Assembly: GCA_004431415.1 (NCBI GenBank)
Contig: QPMI01000672.1
Coordinates: forward strand, 1-64,000
Reading direction: 5' to 3'
DNA length: 64,000 nt
Source: Cyanophora paradoxa CCMP329
Lineage: Eukaryota > Plantae > Glaucophyta
This document shows, one piece after another, positions 1 through 11,400 of this stretch. The translations under genes and the position numbers were made by a program. The notes under the pieces are model-generated. The model saw only the letters and a program-made list of their open reading frames with translations. It did no database searches and was not told the DNA's origin. The first letter of the stretch is position 1; each line of letters opens with the position of its first letter.

Positions 1-2
1 CT

Positions 3-1495
3 CGATTGCTGTTTGCAATCGCACGTGAAGAACTTACGCTCTCACAAACAGCATCGGTTCTCAGGCAGCCTGCGAACGATCCAGAGGAGCTTTGGCCTCT
101 TCAAGTACAGACTCTTGTCGACGATATCATGAGAGTCTTTGGTGCGTTTTTCGAATTACACACGCACATGATCAAAACATGACCAACATACGTGCGCATG
201 ACAAAAAACAATCAGACGTCTCGAACACGATCTTCGGCGGCCGTCCACAAGTCCCTGTAGACTTCAAGGCAACGCTGGAGGCTTCAGTGCGGCTTCTGAT
301 TGGGACCGTTGAATATCAGAGCCGCAGACACCAGTCATCCGCGATGGCTGTTCGCTTTCTTCATGTCCTTATGACGGATTCATTTTTTTTGATGAAATCC
401 GTGTCGGCAGCGTGAAGCTCTTCTTGCACTCTTCGCGAAGCTCCGAGAAAACAGCTACGACACTGCGCTTCCTGTGGGCGTTGATTGCGTGGCCATCACG
501 CATGGTTCGGATTTGCATTCACCATTCAGTTCAGATTTCCATTCAGTTTCCATTGCAAAACGCCCAACCACGCTCAGGTTTCTCTTTCCTCGGAAGGCGC
601 GACGAAAGAATCCACGAGTCTTCATTCACAATGCTCGGTCTCCTTTTATTCGTATCAATTTTATGGTATATCTTCAGGCCATTTGGGACGCACTTGGGCA
701 ACCCATTTGGCTTGAGATGAAAACATCGTACAGCAGTGCGAATCGCTTTTTCGGAATATGATATCTTTTTTAAATTCCGATGGTCCGCTACAGAGCTGAT
801 TCAACGCATCCTTCTCGCCCTCAAGTACACCTGTTGCACAATGACAGCAAACGGCGTTTATCCTGAAGGAGTTCCAGACGGAAATCCAGCACCGGTTCAT
901 ATCTTTGTTTTCCTCATCATCATCATTCACCGACATACCACGTCAGGAGCCGTTCACGGAAAAGGTTGTGACGGAATGGCTAAAGGGTCACGTTAGATAT
1001 CTTGTTCAAAGTCGCACCACGGAATGGAGGACTACTGTGGCTGTGTGCCAGCCATTATCTTAAATGTGCTGTCCACGGTTTTCTCATTCTTGCGACAGAA
1101 CGGCGCAACCTTGTATAATGGCCCGAAAAAGATGAAACGCATGCAGAAACGAGAAGTCGAGCGGGCAAAAGAGGTTGATAAGTTCTCTAAGCAAATCATC
1201 AGCCCCGGAGACTTCAGTACTTGTTGTTCATTTTTCGATATCTTGACGTACCTGATTTCGTTTCGCAGTGAATCCGTTCCTTGCTGCACCGGAAGCGATT
1301 CCTAACAGTCTGATGCGCTTCAACAAGTTCGAGCTGGTGGACTTGATGCACGTTGGGGCTCCGAATGCGACAGCCGAGATAGTCGGGACAGGGTTGTACG
1401 TCGGCCGTGTGGATTTATCATTCGTCAATCCGCAGCTTGTACGGGCCAACCTGTTTGAATTGGAGGAGGTGCATGCGTTGAATACTACCTTATGA
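3..1495 (+). pseudogene. Putative spliced, decayed CACTA-type transposase
   Basis: Exon-like fragments CDGMAKGSR*ISCSKSHHGMEDYCGC (resembles DxxAxxxxxxxKxHxGxxxC) and NPFL...ELVDLMHVG (DxMH). In-frame stop at 994-996. Confidence 0.45.
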
Positions 1496-2415
1496 GCGCC
1501 AGTAATCGTGTTCTCGTGACGAGGCCCTTTGCGATGCCGTACAGAGCGCCCACGATCTGGTTGTCGTGACATCTGTTTGTCCAACTTGGGTTCAGAAACA
1601 GATTCCATACTTCTACATGAAGAAAGGCGTCGCAAAAGAGATCGCGGTGCAGATGGTCAGTCAGAATTCTTGGATTGTGTGCAGCACGTGGAACCGGACT
1701 GATTGACGCCGCGCAGGTTGTAAGTCACGTAGTCTTTCCAAGATGGTTTTCGTTGCTACTTTGATGACTGCGGTCCCGGTGCAGCCGAACATGCAAGTGG
1801 CGAACGGAGCGAAACGAGCGATTTTCTGGGCAGGAAATCTTCTTCAAAAGAGCACTGCTAACACGAGTGCATCCGAGCCAACATCTGGCCTGCTTCTGAT
1901 GCATCACGTCCGTTATATCTTAATTGTATCGATCCCATTAATCGAATCGATCCACCGATGCAGGAGGAGCTCGAGTCCGAAGCAAATAGTGCCGTCGCCT
2001 CCAAAAAGCCGAGGATCAAGGCATCTGCAGCTGGTGCCGGGAACAAGCATGCTGGTGCCGGGAACAAGCATGCTGGCGCGGCCAGCAAGGGGAAACAAGG
2101 AGGGGGAGGAGGAAGGAGGGCTCGAAGAGATCAGTGAGCAATTTTTCTTCGGTCGTGTCAATCGACATATTTACATAAATGCTGCTCATAATTTGCGTGT
2201 CATTAATGAACCAATGAATAGGGATCAGGACGATGATGGTGACGAAGCCTCTGTGAAAAACGTGTGCCCTCTGTCAATTTCTCTTCACACGCTGTCTTTG
2301 CTCTTCATCCCTTCTTTCCATCTATCTAGATGTTCATGCAAAAGCGTGCCTGCACATTGCTCTCGCGCTTGCGTTTTTGCAGATAACAACACCATCAGAG
2401 CCATTTTGACAGAGC

Positions 2416-3300
2416 CAGGTCCGGAACCCGGCAACCTGACCGGTGCAGCTAGGTGTTCGAGATGGACGGCGTACGCCCGGGCCTCTGCAGAGAGAGGAAG
2501 TCGACTGCAAAGAGAGGAAGTCGACACGTGCACGGGCAGGTCCGGAACCCGGCAACCTGACCGGTGCAGCTAGGTGTTCGAGATGGAGGGCGTACGCCCG
2601 GGCCTCTGCAAAGAGAGGAAGTCGACACGTGCACAGGCAGGTCCGGAACCGGCAACCTGACCGGTGCAGCTAGGTGTTCGAGATGGACGGCGTACGCCCG
2701 GGCCTCTGCAAAGAGAAGAGGAAGTCGACACGTGCACGGGCAGGTCCGGAACCCGGCAACCTGACCGGTGCAGCTAGGTGTTCGAGATGGAGGGCGTACG
2801 CCCGGGCCTCTGCAAAGAGAGGAAGTCGACACGTGCACAGGCAGGTCCGGAACCCGGCAACCTGACCGGTGCAGCTAGGTGTTCGAGATGGACGGCGTAC
2901 GCCCGGGCCTCTGCAAAGAGAAGAGGAAGTCGACACGTGCACGGGCAGGTCCGGAACCCGGCAACCTGACCGGTGCAGCTAGGTGTTCGAGATGGACGGC
3001 GTACGCCCGGGCCTCTGCAAAGAGAGGAAGTCGACACGTGCACAGGCAGGTCCGGAACCCGGCAACCTGACCGGTGCAGCTAGGTGTTCGAGATGGACGG
3101 CGTACGCCCGGGCCTCTGCAAAGAGAGGAAGTCGACACGTGCACGGGCAGGTCCGGAACCCGGCAACCTGACCGGTGCAGCTAGGTGTTCGAGATGGACG
3201 GCGTACGCCCGGGCCTCTGCAAAGAGAGGAAGTCGACACGTGCACGGGCAGGTCCGGAACCCGGCAACCTGACCGGTGCAGCTAGGTGTTCGAGATGGAC
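2416..3300. repeat. Tandem repeat, 101-104-bp unit, about 8.5 copies
   Basis: Unit CAGGTCCGGAACCCGGCAACCTGACCGGTGCAGCTAGG...GTCGACACGTGCAC starts near 2416, 2537, 2638, 2741, 2842, 2947, 3047, 3148 and 3249. Confidence 0.97.
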
Positions 3301-3573
3301 GCAGTCGCTCAAGTCACATTTGCGAATTCACTTGCGTCTCAATTGCCGCTTTGCGCTTTTGCTTTGCGAGCGTTTTGCACTTCTTATTTTGTCATGCGGT
3401 TTTCGAGGGTTCTCTTTCGGGATTTTCTCTTTCGGGGGGGGGGGGGGGGGGGGGGGGCTGATCACGATTCGCTGAATTCCAGTTCGACATTGGCGGTGTG
3501 GGTGAAACTTGCCGGCTGCATATGTCTGCTTATTGACTTGCATATGCCGCTTATTGACTTGCATATGCCGCAG

Positions 3574-4966
3574 ATGGAGGCTCCGAAAGCCAAGCGAAGC
3601 AAGACGGAAGACCAGCGAATCCGTCGCGATGTGCTAGCTGCTCTCAAGCTCAAAGACGAGTTGGAATTCGACTCTCAGAAAGTGCACAACGAGGCGAATG
3701 GGGAGCGGAATCAGCGGGTCCTCGTCAAACTCCCCGTTTCAGCCGCCCGCCGCCAGCCGGGATCTCCGGGATCTGGATCTGGAAAAGTGCACGAGGCCGA
3801 GCCCCCTTCTGGTCAGAAGACGCTATTCGTACTGAACTCCGGCTGGAGTACAAACTCGAGGAACGGACCCTGGCGGCGTTCTCGTTACGCACTGGAGAAG
3901 ACCGAGAAAGGCTTCCTTGTTCCCGCTTTCCTCGGATTCCGCACGAAGCCAGGCCATTTCATGTTTGGGGGTCGTGCGCCATTCAATTGTTGTCTTTCTC
4001 GCAATCAAGCATTATGTTTATGATTTTCCAATGCAGGTACGCGCCATGCTTGCAAGAATACGATCTTCAAGAGTATCCATCCTACGGAAGTGTATACTCC
4101 TCTGAAAGACACAGTCGCGGATCAGGATATGATGTGATTGCGCATCAATAATGCAAAAATCCGCGACATGTTTGACGTCTTTTGTTCAGGGCATACTGGC
4201 TTGGAGTTTCGCCGACGCCACCGACTTTGGTCGCTGATAAGCTCGGATTCGGCTCAAGCAACAAGCTGCACGATTTGCTGGCAAAGAGTCGCAGTGACGT
4301 GGTAAGAAGTATATGAAAATACTGGACGGCTAGCACTTTGACTCATGATTCCGTAGATTCATGTGCCTGGTGACTGGGTCATTGAGCAATGGGTGTACCG
4401 CGACGCCTTTGAAGCCGAAAAGGAAGAGCGGAAGGACAAGAGGCAGCTGGAGGAGGAAGAGATGAGAGCAAAGTCGAACGCAGCCAGCCAAGACAGTCAG
4501 AATTCGAATGATGAGGACATGAAGAAGCTTCAGGCTGAGCAGGCCGAGCAGCAATCTCGGCATCGACAGAACGAGGCTGATGAGGCAGAGATCGCGCGCC
4601 GATTTGAAGCCGATTCTTCGCTCCATCGCGTTCAGAATCCCGAGTTCGAAAGAGCGACTGCCGATTACGGTCGCTTCTTCAAGGACGCTAATGTCCGTCT
4701 CCTGGTTCGTTCATTCTTTAACTCTCCTCTCCTTGTGTCGCTGCTGCAACATCATGATGCAGGAGGAGACTGCAATGGACGTGACACTTCAGCAAGGATC
4801 TTCATCACGTTCAGAGCCACTGGACCTGCTGGTCACACTTGCCACAGGGAAATCAGCTGCAGCAGTGGCATCAAATATTCCTGATGGGGATGAGTCCGGC
4901 TTGTCGTCGGACGAGGAGGAGATGACTACGCACCGCAGCCAGGTTGGTGGAGATGAGCTTGATTAA
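3574..4966 (+). CDS. Putative spliced accessory ORF of the transposon (TnpA-like position), charged and coiled-coil
   Basis: MEAPKAKRSKTEDQRIRR... and EAEKEERKDKRQLEEEEMR... segments separated by intron-like stretches. No recognisable domain. Confidence 0.35.
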
Positions 4967-5203
4967 TGACCTGCCAGGCTGGTGCGCATCCCGCCAGTCC
5001 GCATGCGCACGCAAATAAGAAGAATTCCGTCCCAGCTGCAGATTTCAGGAATACGAAGCATTCATCAAACCGATTAGCTAGCTCTAGGATAGAGCTCGCG
5101 CGCAGTATCGCTTGAAGATGGGCTGCTATAGATAGCTTTTACAGAAAAAATAAAAAAAAGCAAAAAAAACGTAAAAAAGTGAACCGCTGCACCGAAACCA
5201 ACA

Positions 5204-5400
5204 TTACCTCGGCGAGTTTACCCCGACGTCTTTACCTCGCCAACTTTACCTCGGCGAGTTTACACCGACGTCTTTACCCCGCTTTTCACAACTTTACCAC
5301 CCTGACTTTACCCCGGCGACTTTACCCTGGTGACTTTACAGTGGTGTAACGCAAACAGCACAACTTTACCACACCCTAAGTTTACCATATGGTAAACTTA
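5204..5400. repeat. Subterminal TTTACC repeats ending in a perfect 24-bp palindrome
   Basis: About 12 TTTAC(C) motifs. TAAGTTTACCAT-ATGGTAAACTTA at 5377-5400. Confidence 0.85.
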
Positions 5401-5417
5401 ATTTCTGGCTCCCAGTG

Positions 5418-8400
5418 GCGGCCGCCCCGCGGCTCCACCCCGCGCCCCGCCCCGGCGCACCGAACAGCGATGCTGCCGTCGACGAGTTCGTGCTCATCGT
5501 GCTTGACGCGGCGCCCGGTGTGAAGTCAGGCGCCGCGCCCGTCACGGTCCCCGCGTACGCCGTCAGATTGGCCCCGCTGCACGTGATCGTGTACGACGCG
5601 CCCATCTCGGGGAGCCCCAAGACGGTCACGCTGGCGCTCGTCGCCCCAGCCGTGATCGTGCCGCTCGCCAGGGAGCCCGTCCGCGTCACGCCGGCCCCGG
5701 AGCAGCTCACCTCCAGCGGCCCGTACGTCGGCGCCACGTTGTCCCCGCTGTACCCCACCGCCGAGAGCGCCCAGCTCACGGGCACCGTCACCGACGTCGT
5801 CGACTGCGGGATCGGCGTCCCCACCGTCACGTTCTCCACCGTCTTTGCGTGCACTGCGCCCCACGCCCCGCGTCAGCCTCCATCCCAGGACCCGCAAAAA
5901 AGTGTCTGCCGTGGCTCCACGCACCCGTCGAGTACGCCGTGGCGCTCGACGCCACCCCCAGGTACGAGTAGTACACCGTCGCCGCGCAGCTCGTCACGTG
6001 CGACTGCACCTGCCACCTCCCGGAGCCCGCGCTGACCAGCACCGTGGCCGAGCCCGTCCCCGTCTCCGAGGCCACTGTCGCGTTCGAGGCCGAGTCCGCC
6101 ACGCCGTTGCTCGAGCAGCTCACGGTCACGTTCGCGTACGCCGGCTCCGTGCCCGACGCCCCCGTCGTATTCCAGGACACCGCCGCCAAAACAGCGTCCG
6201 CCCGCTCGACGAGACCGTCACCGATGGCGGCCCACCGACTTGGCTGCGAGCAGGCGTCAGGGCCCAGCGCGACGCGGCCGCCCGCGGCTCCACCCCGCGC
6301 CCCGCCCCGCGCACCGAACAGCGATGCTGCCGTCGACGAGTTCGTGCTCATCGTGCTTGACGCGGCGCCCGGTGTGAAGTCAGGCGCCGCGCCCGTCACG
6401 GTCCCCGCGTACGCCGTCAGATTGGCCCGCTGCACGTGATCGTGTACGACGCGCCCATCTCGGGGAGCCCCAAGACGGTCACGTTGGCGCTCGTCGCCCC
6501 AGCCGTGATCGTGCCGCTCGCCAGGGAGCCCGTCCGCGTCACGCCGGCCCCGGAGCAGCTCACCTCCAGCGGCCCGTACGTCGGCGCCACGTTGTCCCCG
6601 CTGTACCCACCGCCGAGAGCGCCCAGCTCACGGGCACCGTCACCGACGTCGTCGACTGCGGGATCGGCGTCCCCACCGTCACGTTCTCCACCGTCTTTGC
6701 GTGCACTGCGCCCACGCCCCGCGTCAGCCTCCATCCCAGGACCCGCAAAAAAGTGTCTGCCGTGGCCCCACGCACCCGTCGAGTACGCCGTGGCGCTCGA
6801 CGCCACCCCCAGGTACGAGTAGTACACCGTCGCCGCGCAGCTCGTCACGTGCGACTGCACCTGCCACCTCCCGGAGCCCGCGCTGACCAGCACCGTGGCC
6901 GAGCCCGTCCCCGTCTCCGAGGCCACTGTCGCGTTCGAGGCCGAGTCCGCCACGCCGTTGCTCGAGCAGCTCACGGTCACGTTCGCGTACGCCGGCTCCG
7001 TGCCCGACGCCCCCGTCGTATTCCAGGACACCGCCGCCAAAACAGCGTCCGCCCCGCTCGACGAGACCGTCACCGACGGCGGCCCCACCGACTTGGCTGC
7101 GAGCAGGCGTCAGGGCCCAGCGCGACGCGGCCGCCCCGCGGCTCCACCCCGCGCCCCGCCCCGCGCACCGAACAGCGATGCTGCCGTCGAAGAGTTCGTG
7201 CTCATCGTGCTTGACGCGGCGCCCGGTGTGAAGTCAGGCGCCGCGCCCGTCACGGTCCCCGCGTACGCCGTCAGATTGGCCCCGCTGCACGTGATCGTGT
7301 ACGACGCGCCCATCTCGGGGAGCCCCAAGACGGTCACGTTGGCGCTCGTCGCCCCAGCCGTGATCGTGCCGCTCGCCAGGGAGCCCGTCCGCGTCACGCC
7401 GGCCCCGGAGCAGCTCACCTCCAGCGGCCCGTACGTCGGCGCCACGTTGTCCCCGCTGTACCCCACCGCCGAGAGCGCCCAGCTCACGGGCACCGTCACC
7501 GACGTCGTCGACTGCGGGATCGGCGTCCCCACCGTCACGTTCTCCACCGTCTTTGCGTGCACTGCGCCCCACGCCCCGCGTCAGCCTCCATCCCAGGACC
7601 CGCAAAAAAGTGTCTGCCGTGGCCCCACGCACCCGTCGAGTACGCCGTGGCGCTCGACGCCACCCCCAGGTACGAGTAGTACACCGTCGCCGCGCAGCTC
7701 GTCACGTGCGACTGCACCTGCCACCTCCCGGAGCCCGCGCTGACCAGCACCGTGGCCGAGCCCGTCCCGTCTCCGAGGCCACTGTCGCGTTCGAGGCCGA
7801 GTCCGCCACGCCGTTGCTCGAGCAGCTCACGGTCACGTTCGCGTACGCCGGCTCCGTGCCCGACGCCCCCGTCGTATTCCAGGACACCGCCGCCAAAACA
7901 GCGTCCGCCCCGCTCGACGAGACCGTCACCGACGGCGGCCCCACCGACTTGGCTGCGAGCAGGCGTCAGGGCCCAGCGCGACGCGGCCGCCCCGCGGCTC
8001 CACCCCGCGCCCCGCCCCCGCGCACCGAACAGCGATGCTGCCGTCGACGAGTTCGTGCTCATCGTGCTTGACGCGGCGCCCGGTGTGAAGTCAGGCGCCG
8101 CGCCCGTCACGGTCCCCGCGTACGCCGTCAGATTGGCCCCGCTGCACGTGATCGTGTACGACGCGCCCATCTCGGGGAGCCCCAAGACGGTCACGTTGGC
8201 GCTCGTCGCCCCAGCCGTGATCGTGCCGCTCGCCAGGGAGCCCGTCCGCGTCACGCCGGCCCGGAGCAGCTCACCTCCAGCGGCCCGTACGTCGGCGCCA
8301 CGTTGTCCCCGCTGTACCCCACCGCCGAGAGCGCCCAGCTCACGGGCACCGTCACCGACGTCGTCGACTGCGGGATCGGCGTCCCCACCGTCACGTTCTC

Positions 8401-11400
8401 CACCGTCTTTGCGTGCACTGCGCCCCACGCCCCGCGTCAGCCTCCATCCAGGACCCGCAAAAAAGTGTCTGCCGTGGCCCCACGCACCCGTCGAGTACGC
8501 CGTGGCGCTCGACGCCACCCCCAGGTACGAGTAGTACACCGTCGCCGCGCAGCTCGTCACGTGCGACTGCACCTGCCACCTCCCGGAGCCCGCGCTGACC
8601 AGCACCGTGGCCGAGCCCGTCCCCGTCTCCGAGGCCACTGTCGTGTTCGAGGCCGAGTCCGCCACGCCGTTGCTCGAGCAGCTCACGGTCACGTTCGCGT
8701 ACGCCGGCTCCGTGCCCGACGCCCCCGTCGTATTCCAGGACACCGCCGCCAAAACAGCGTCCGCCCCGCTCGACGAGACCGTCACCGACGGCGGCCCCAC
8801 CGACTTGGCTGCGAGCAGGCGTCAGGGCCCAGCGCGACGCGGCCGCCCCGCGGCTCCACCCCGCGCCCCGCCCCCGCGCACCGAACAGCGATGCTGCCGT
8901 CGACGAGTTCGTGCTCATCGTGCTTGACGCGGCGCCCGGTGTGAAGTCAGGCGCCGCGCCCGTCACGGTCCCCGCGTACGCCGTCAGATTGGCCCCGCTG
9001 CACGTGATCGTGTACGACGCGCCCATCTCGGGGAGCCCCAAGACGGTCACGCTGGCGCTCGTCGCCCCAGCCGTGATCGTGCCGCTCGCCAGGGAGCCCG
9101 TCCGCGTCACGCCGGCCCCGGAGCAGCTCACCTCCAGCGGCCCGTACGTCGGCGCCACGTTGTCCCCGCTGTACCCCACCGCCGAGAGCGCCCAGCTCAC
9201 GGGCACCGTCACCGACGTCGTCGACTGCGGGATCGGCGTCCCCACCGTCACGTTCTCCACCGTCTTTGCGTGCACTGCGCCCCACGCCCCGCGTCAGCCT
9301 CCATCCAGGACCCGCAAAAAAGTGTCTGCCGTGGCCCCACGCACCCGTCGAGTACGCCGTGGCGCTCGACGCCACCCCAGGTACGAGTAGTACACCGTCG
9401 CCGCGCAGCTCGTCACGTGCGACTGCACCTGCCACCTCCCGGAGCCCGCGCTGACCAGCACCGTGGCCGAGCCCGTCCCCGTCTCCGAGGCCACTGTCGC
9501 GTTCGAGGCCGAGTCCGCCACGCCGTTGCTCGAGCAGCTCACGGTCACGTTCGCGTACGCCGGCTCCGTGCCCGACGCCCCCGTCGTATTCCAGGACACC
9601 GCCGCCAAAACAGCGTCCGCCCCGCTCGACGAGACCGTCACCGACGGCGGCCCCACCGACTTGGCTGCGAGCAGGCGTCAGGGCCCAGCGCGACGCGGCC
9701 GCCCCGCGGCTCCACCCCGCGCCCCGCCCCGCGCACCGAACAGCGATGCTGCCGTCGACGAGTTCGTGCTCATCGTGCTTGACGCGGCGCCCGGTGTGAA
9801 GTCAGGCGCCGCGCCCGTCACGGTCCCCGCGTACGCCGTCAGATTGGCCCCGCTGCACGTGATCGTGTACGACGCGCCCATCTCGGGGAGCCCCAAGACG
9901 GTCACGTTGGCGCTCGTCGCCCCAGCCGTGATCGTGCCGCTCGCCAGGGAGCCCGTCCGCGTCACGCCGGCCCCGGAGCAGCTCACCTCCAGCGGCCCGT
10001 ACGTCGGCGCCACGTTGTCCCCGCTGTACCCACCGCCGAGAGCGCCCAGCTCACGGGCACCGTCACCGACGTCGTCGACTGCGGGATCGGCGTCCCACCG
10101 TCACGTTCTCCACCGTCTTTGCGTGCACTGCGCCCCACGCCCCGCGTCAGCCTCCATCCCAGGACCGCAAAAAAGTGTCTGCCGTGGCCCCACGCACCCG
10201 TCGAGTACGCCGTGGCGCTCGACGCCACCCCCAGGTACGAGTAGTACACCGTCGCCGCGCAGCTCGTCACGTGCGACTGCACCTGCCACCTCCCGGAGCC
10301 CGCGCTGACCAGCACCGTGGCCGAGCCCGTCCCCGTCTCCGAGGCCACTGTCGCGTTCGAGGCCGAGTCCGCCACGCCGTTGCTCGAGCAGCTCACGGTC
10401 ACGTTCGCGTACGCCGGCTCCGTGCCCGAAGCCCCGTCGTATTCCAGGACACCGCCGCCAAAACAGCGTCCGCCCCGCTCGACGAGACCGTCACCGACGG
10501 CGGCCCCACCGACTTGGCTGCGAGCAGGCGTCAGGGCCCAGCGCGACGCGGCCGCCCCGCGGCTCCACCCCGCGCCCCGCCCCGCGCACCGAACAGCGAT
10601 GCTGCCGTCGACGAGTTCGTGCTCATCGTGCTTGACGCGGCGCCCGGTGTGAAGTCAGGCGCCGCGCCCGTCACGGTCCCCGCGTACGCCGTCAGATTGG
10701 CCCCGCTGCACGTGATCGTGTACGACGCGCCCATCTCGGGGAGCCCCAAGACGGTCACGTTGGCGCTCGTCGCCCCAGCCGTGATCGTGCCGCTCGCCAG
10801 GGAGCCCGTCCGCGTCACGCCGGCCCCGGAGCAGCTCACCTCCAGCGGCCCGTACGTCGGCGCCACGTTGTCCCCGCTGTACCCCACCGCCGAGAGCGCC
10901 CAGCTCACGGGCACCGTCACCGACGTCGTCGACTGCGGGATCGGCGTCCCCACCGTCACGTTCTCCACCGTCTTTGCGTGCACTGCGCCCCACGCCCCGC
11001 GTCAGCCTCCATCCAGGACCCGCAAAAAAGTGTCTGCCGTGGCCCCACGCACCCGTCGAGTACGCCGTGGCGCTCGACGCCACCCCCAGGTACGAGTAGT
11101 ACACCGTCGCCGCGCAGCTCGTCACGTGCGACTGCACCTGCCACCTCCCGGAGCCCGCGCTGACCAGCACCGTGGCCGAGCCCGTCCCCGTCTCCGAGGC
11201 CACTGTCGCGTTCGAGGCCGAGTCCGCCACGCCGTTGCTCGAGCAGCTCACGGTCACGTTCGCGTACGCCGGCTCCGTGCCCGACGCCCCCGTCGTATTC
11301 CAGGACACCGCCGCCAAAACAGCGCAAAAAAGTGGCAGTACATCTGCGATCAGGCGCGGGGCGCAGTCGCGCTGATAGAACGCAAGAAGCTCACCGCGAA

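Larger units (their letters stand above)
1..5417 (+). mobile_element. CACTA/CMC (EnSpm-like) DNA transposon, right part; left end lies outside the window
   Basis: Ends ...CTCCCAGTG at 5417 (reverse complement CACTGGGAG), exactly where the 858-bp array begins mid-intron. About 12 TTTAC(C) subterminal motifs precede it. Transposase-like motifs and an internal satellite lie upstream. Confidence 0.6.

Noticed and set aside
2416-3300. CRISPR-like array or cloning-vector polylinker
   Set aside because: No unique spacers, eukaryotic context, and natural unit variants.
5204-5400. Telomeric repeat
   Set aside because: The motifs are spaced and irregular and are followed by a CAGTG terminus.
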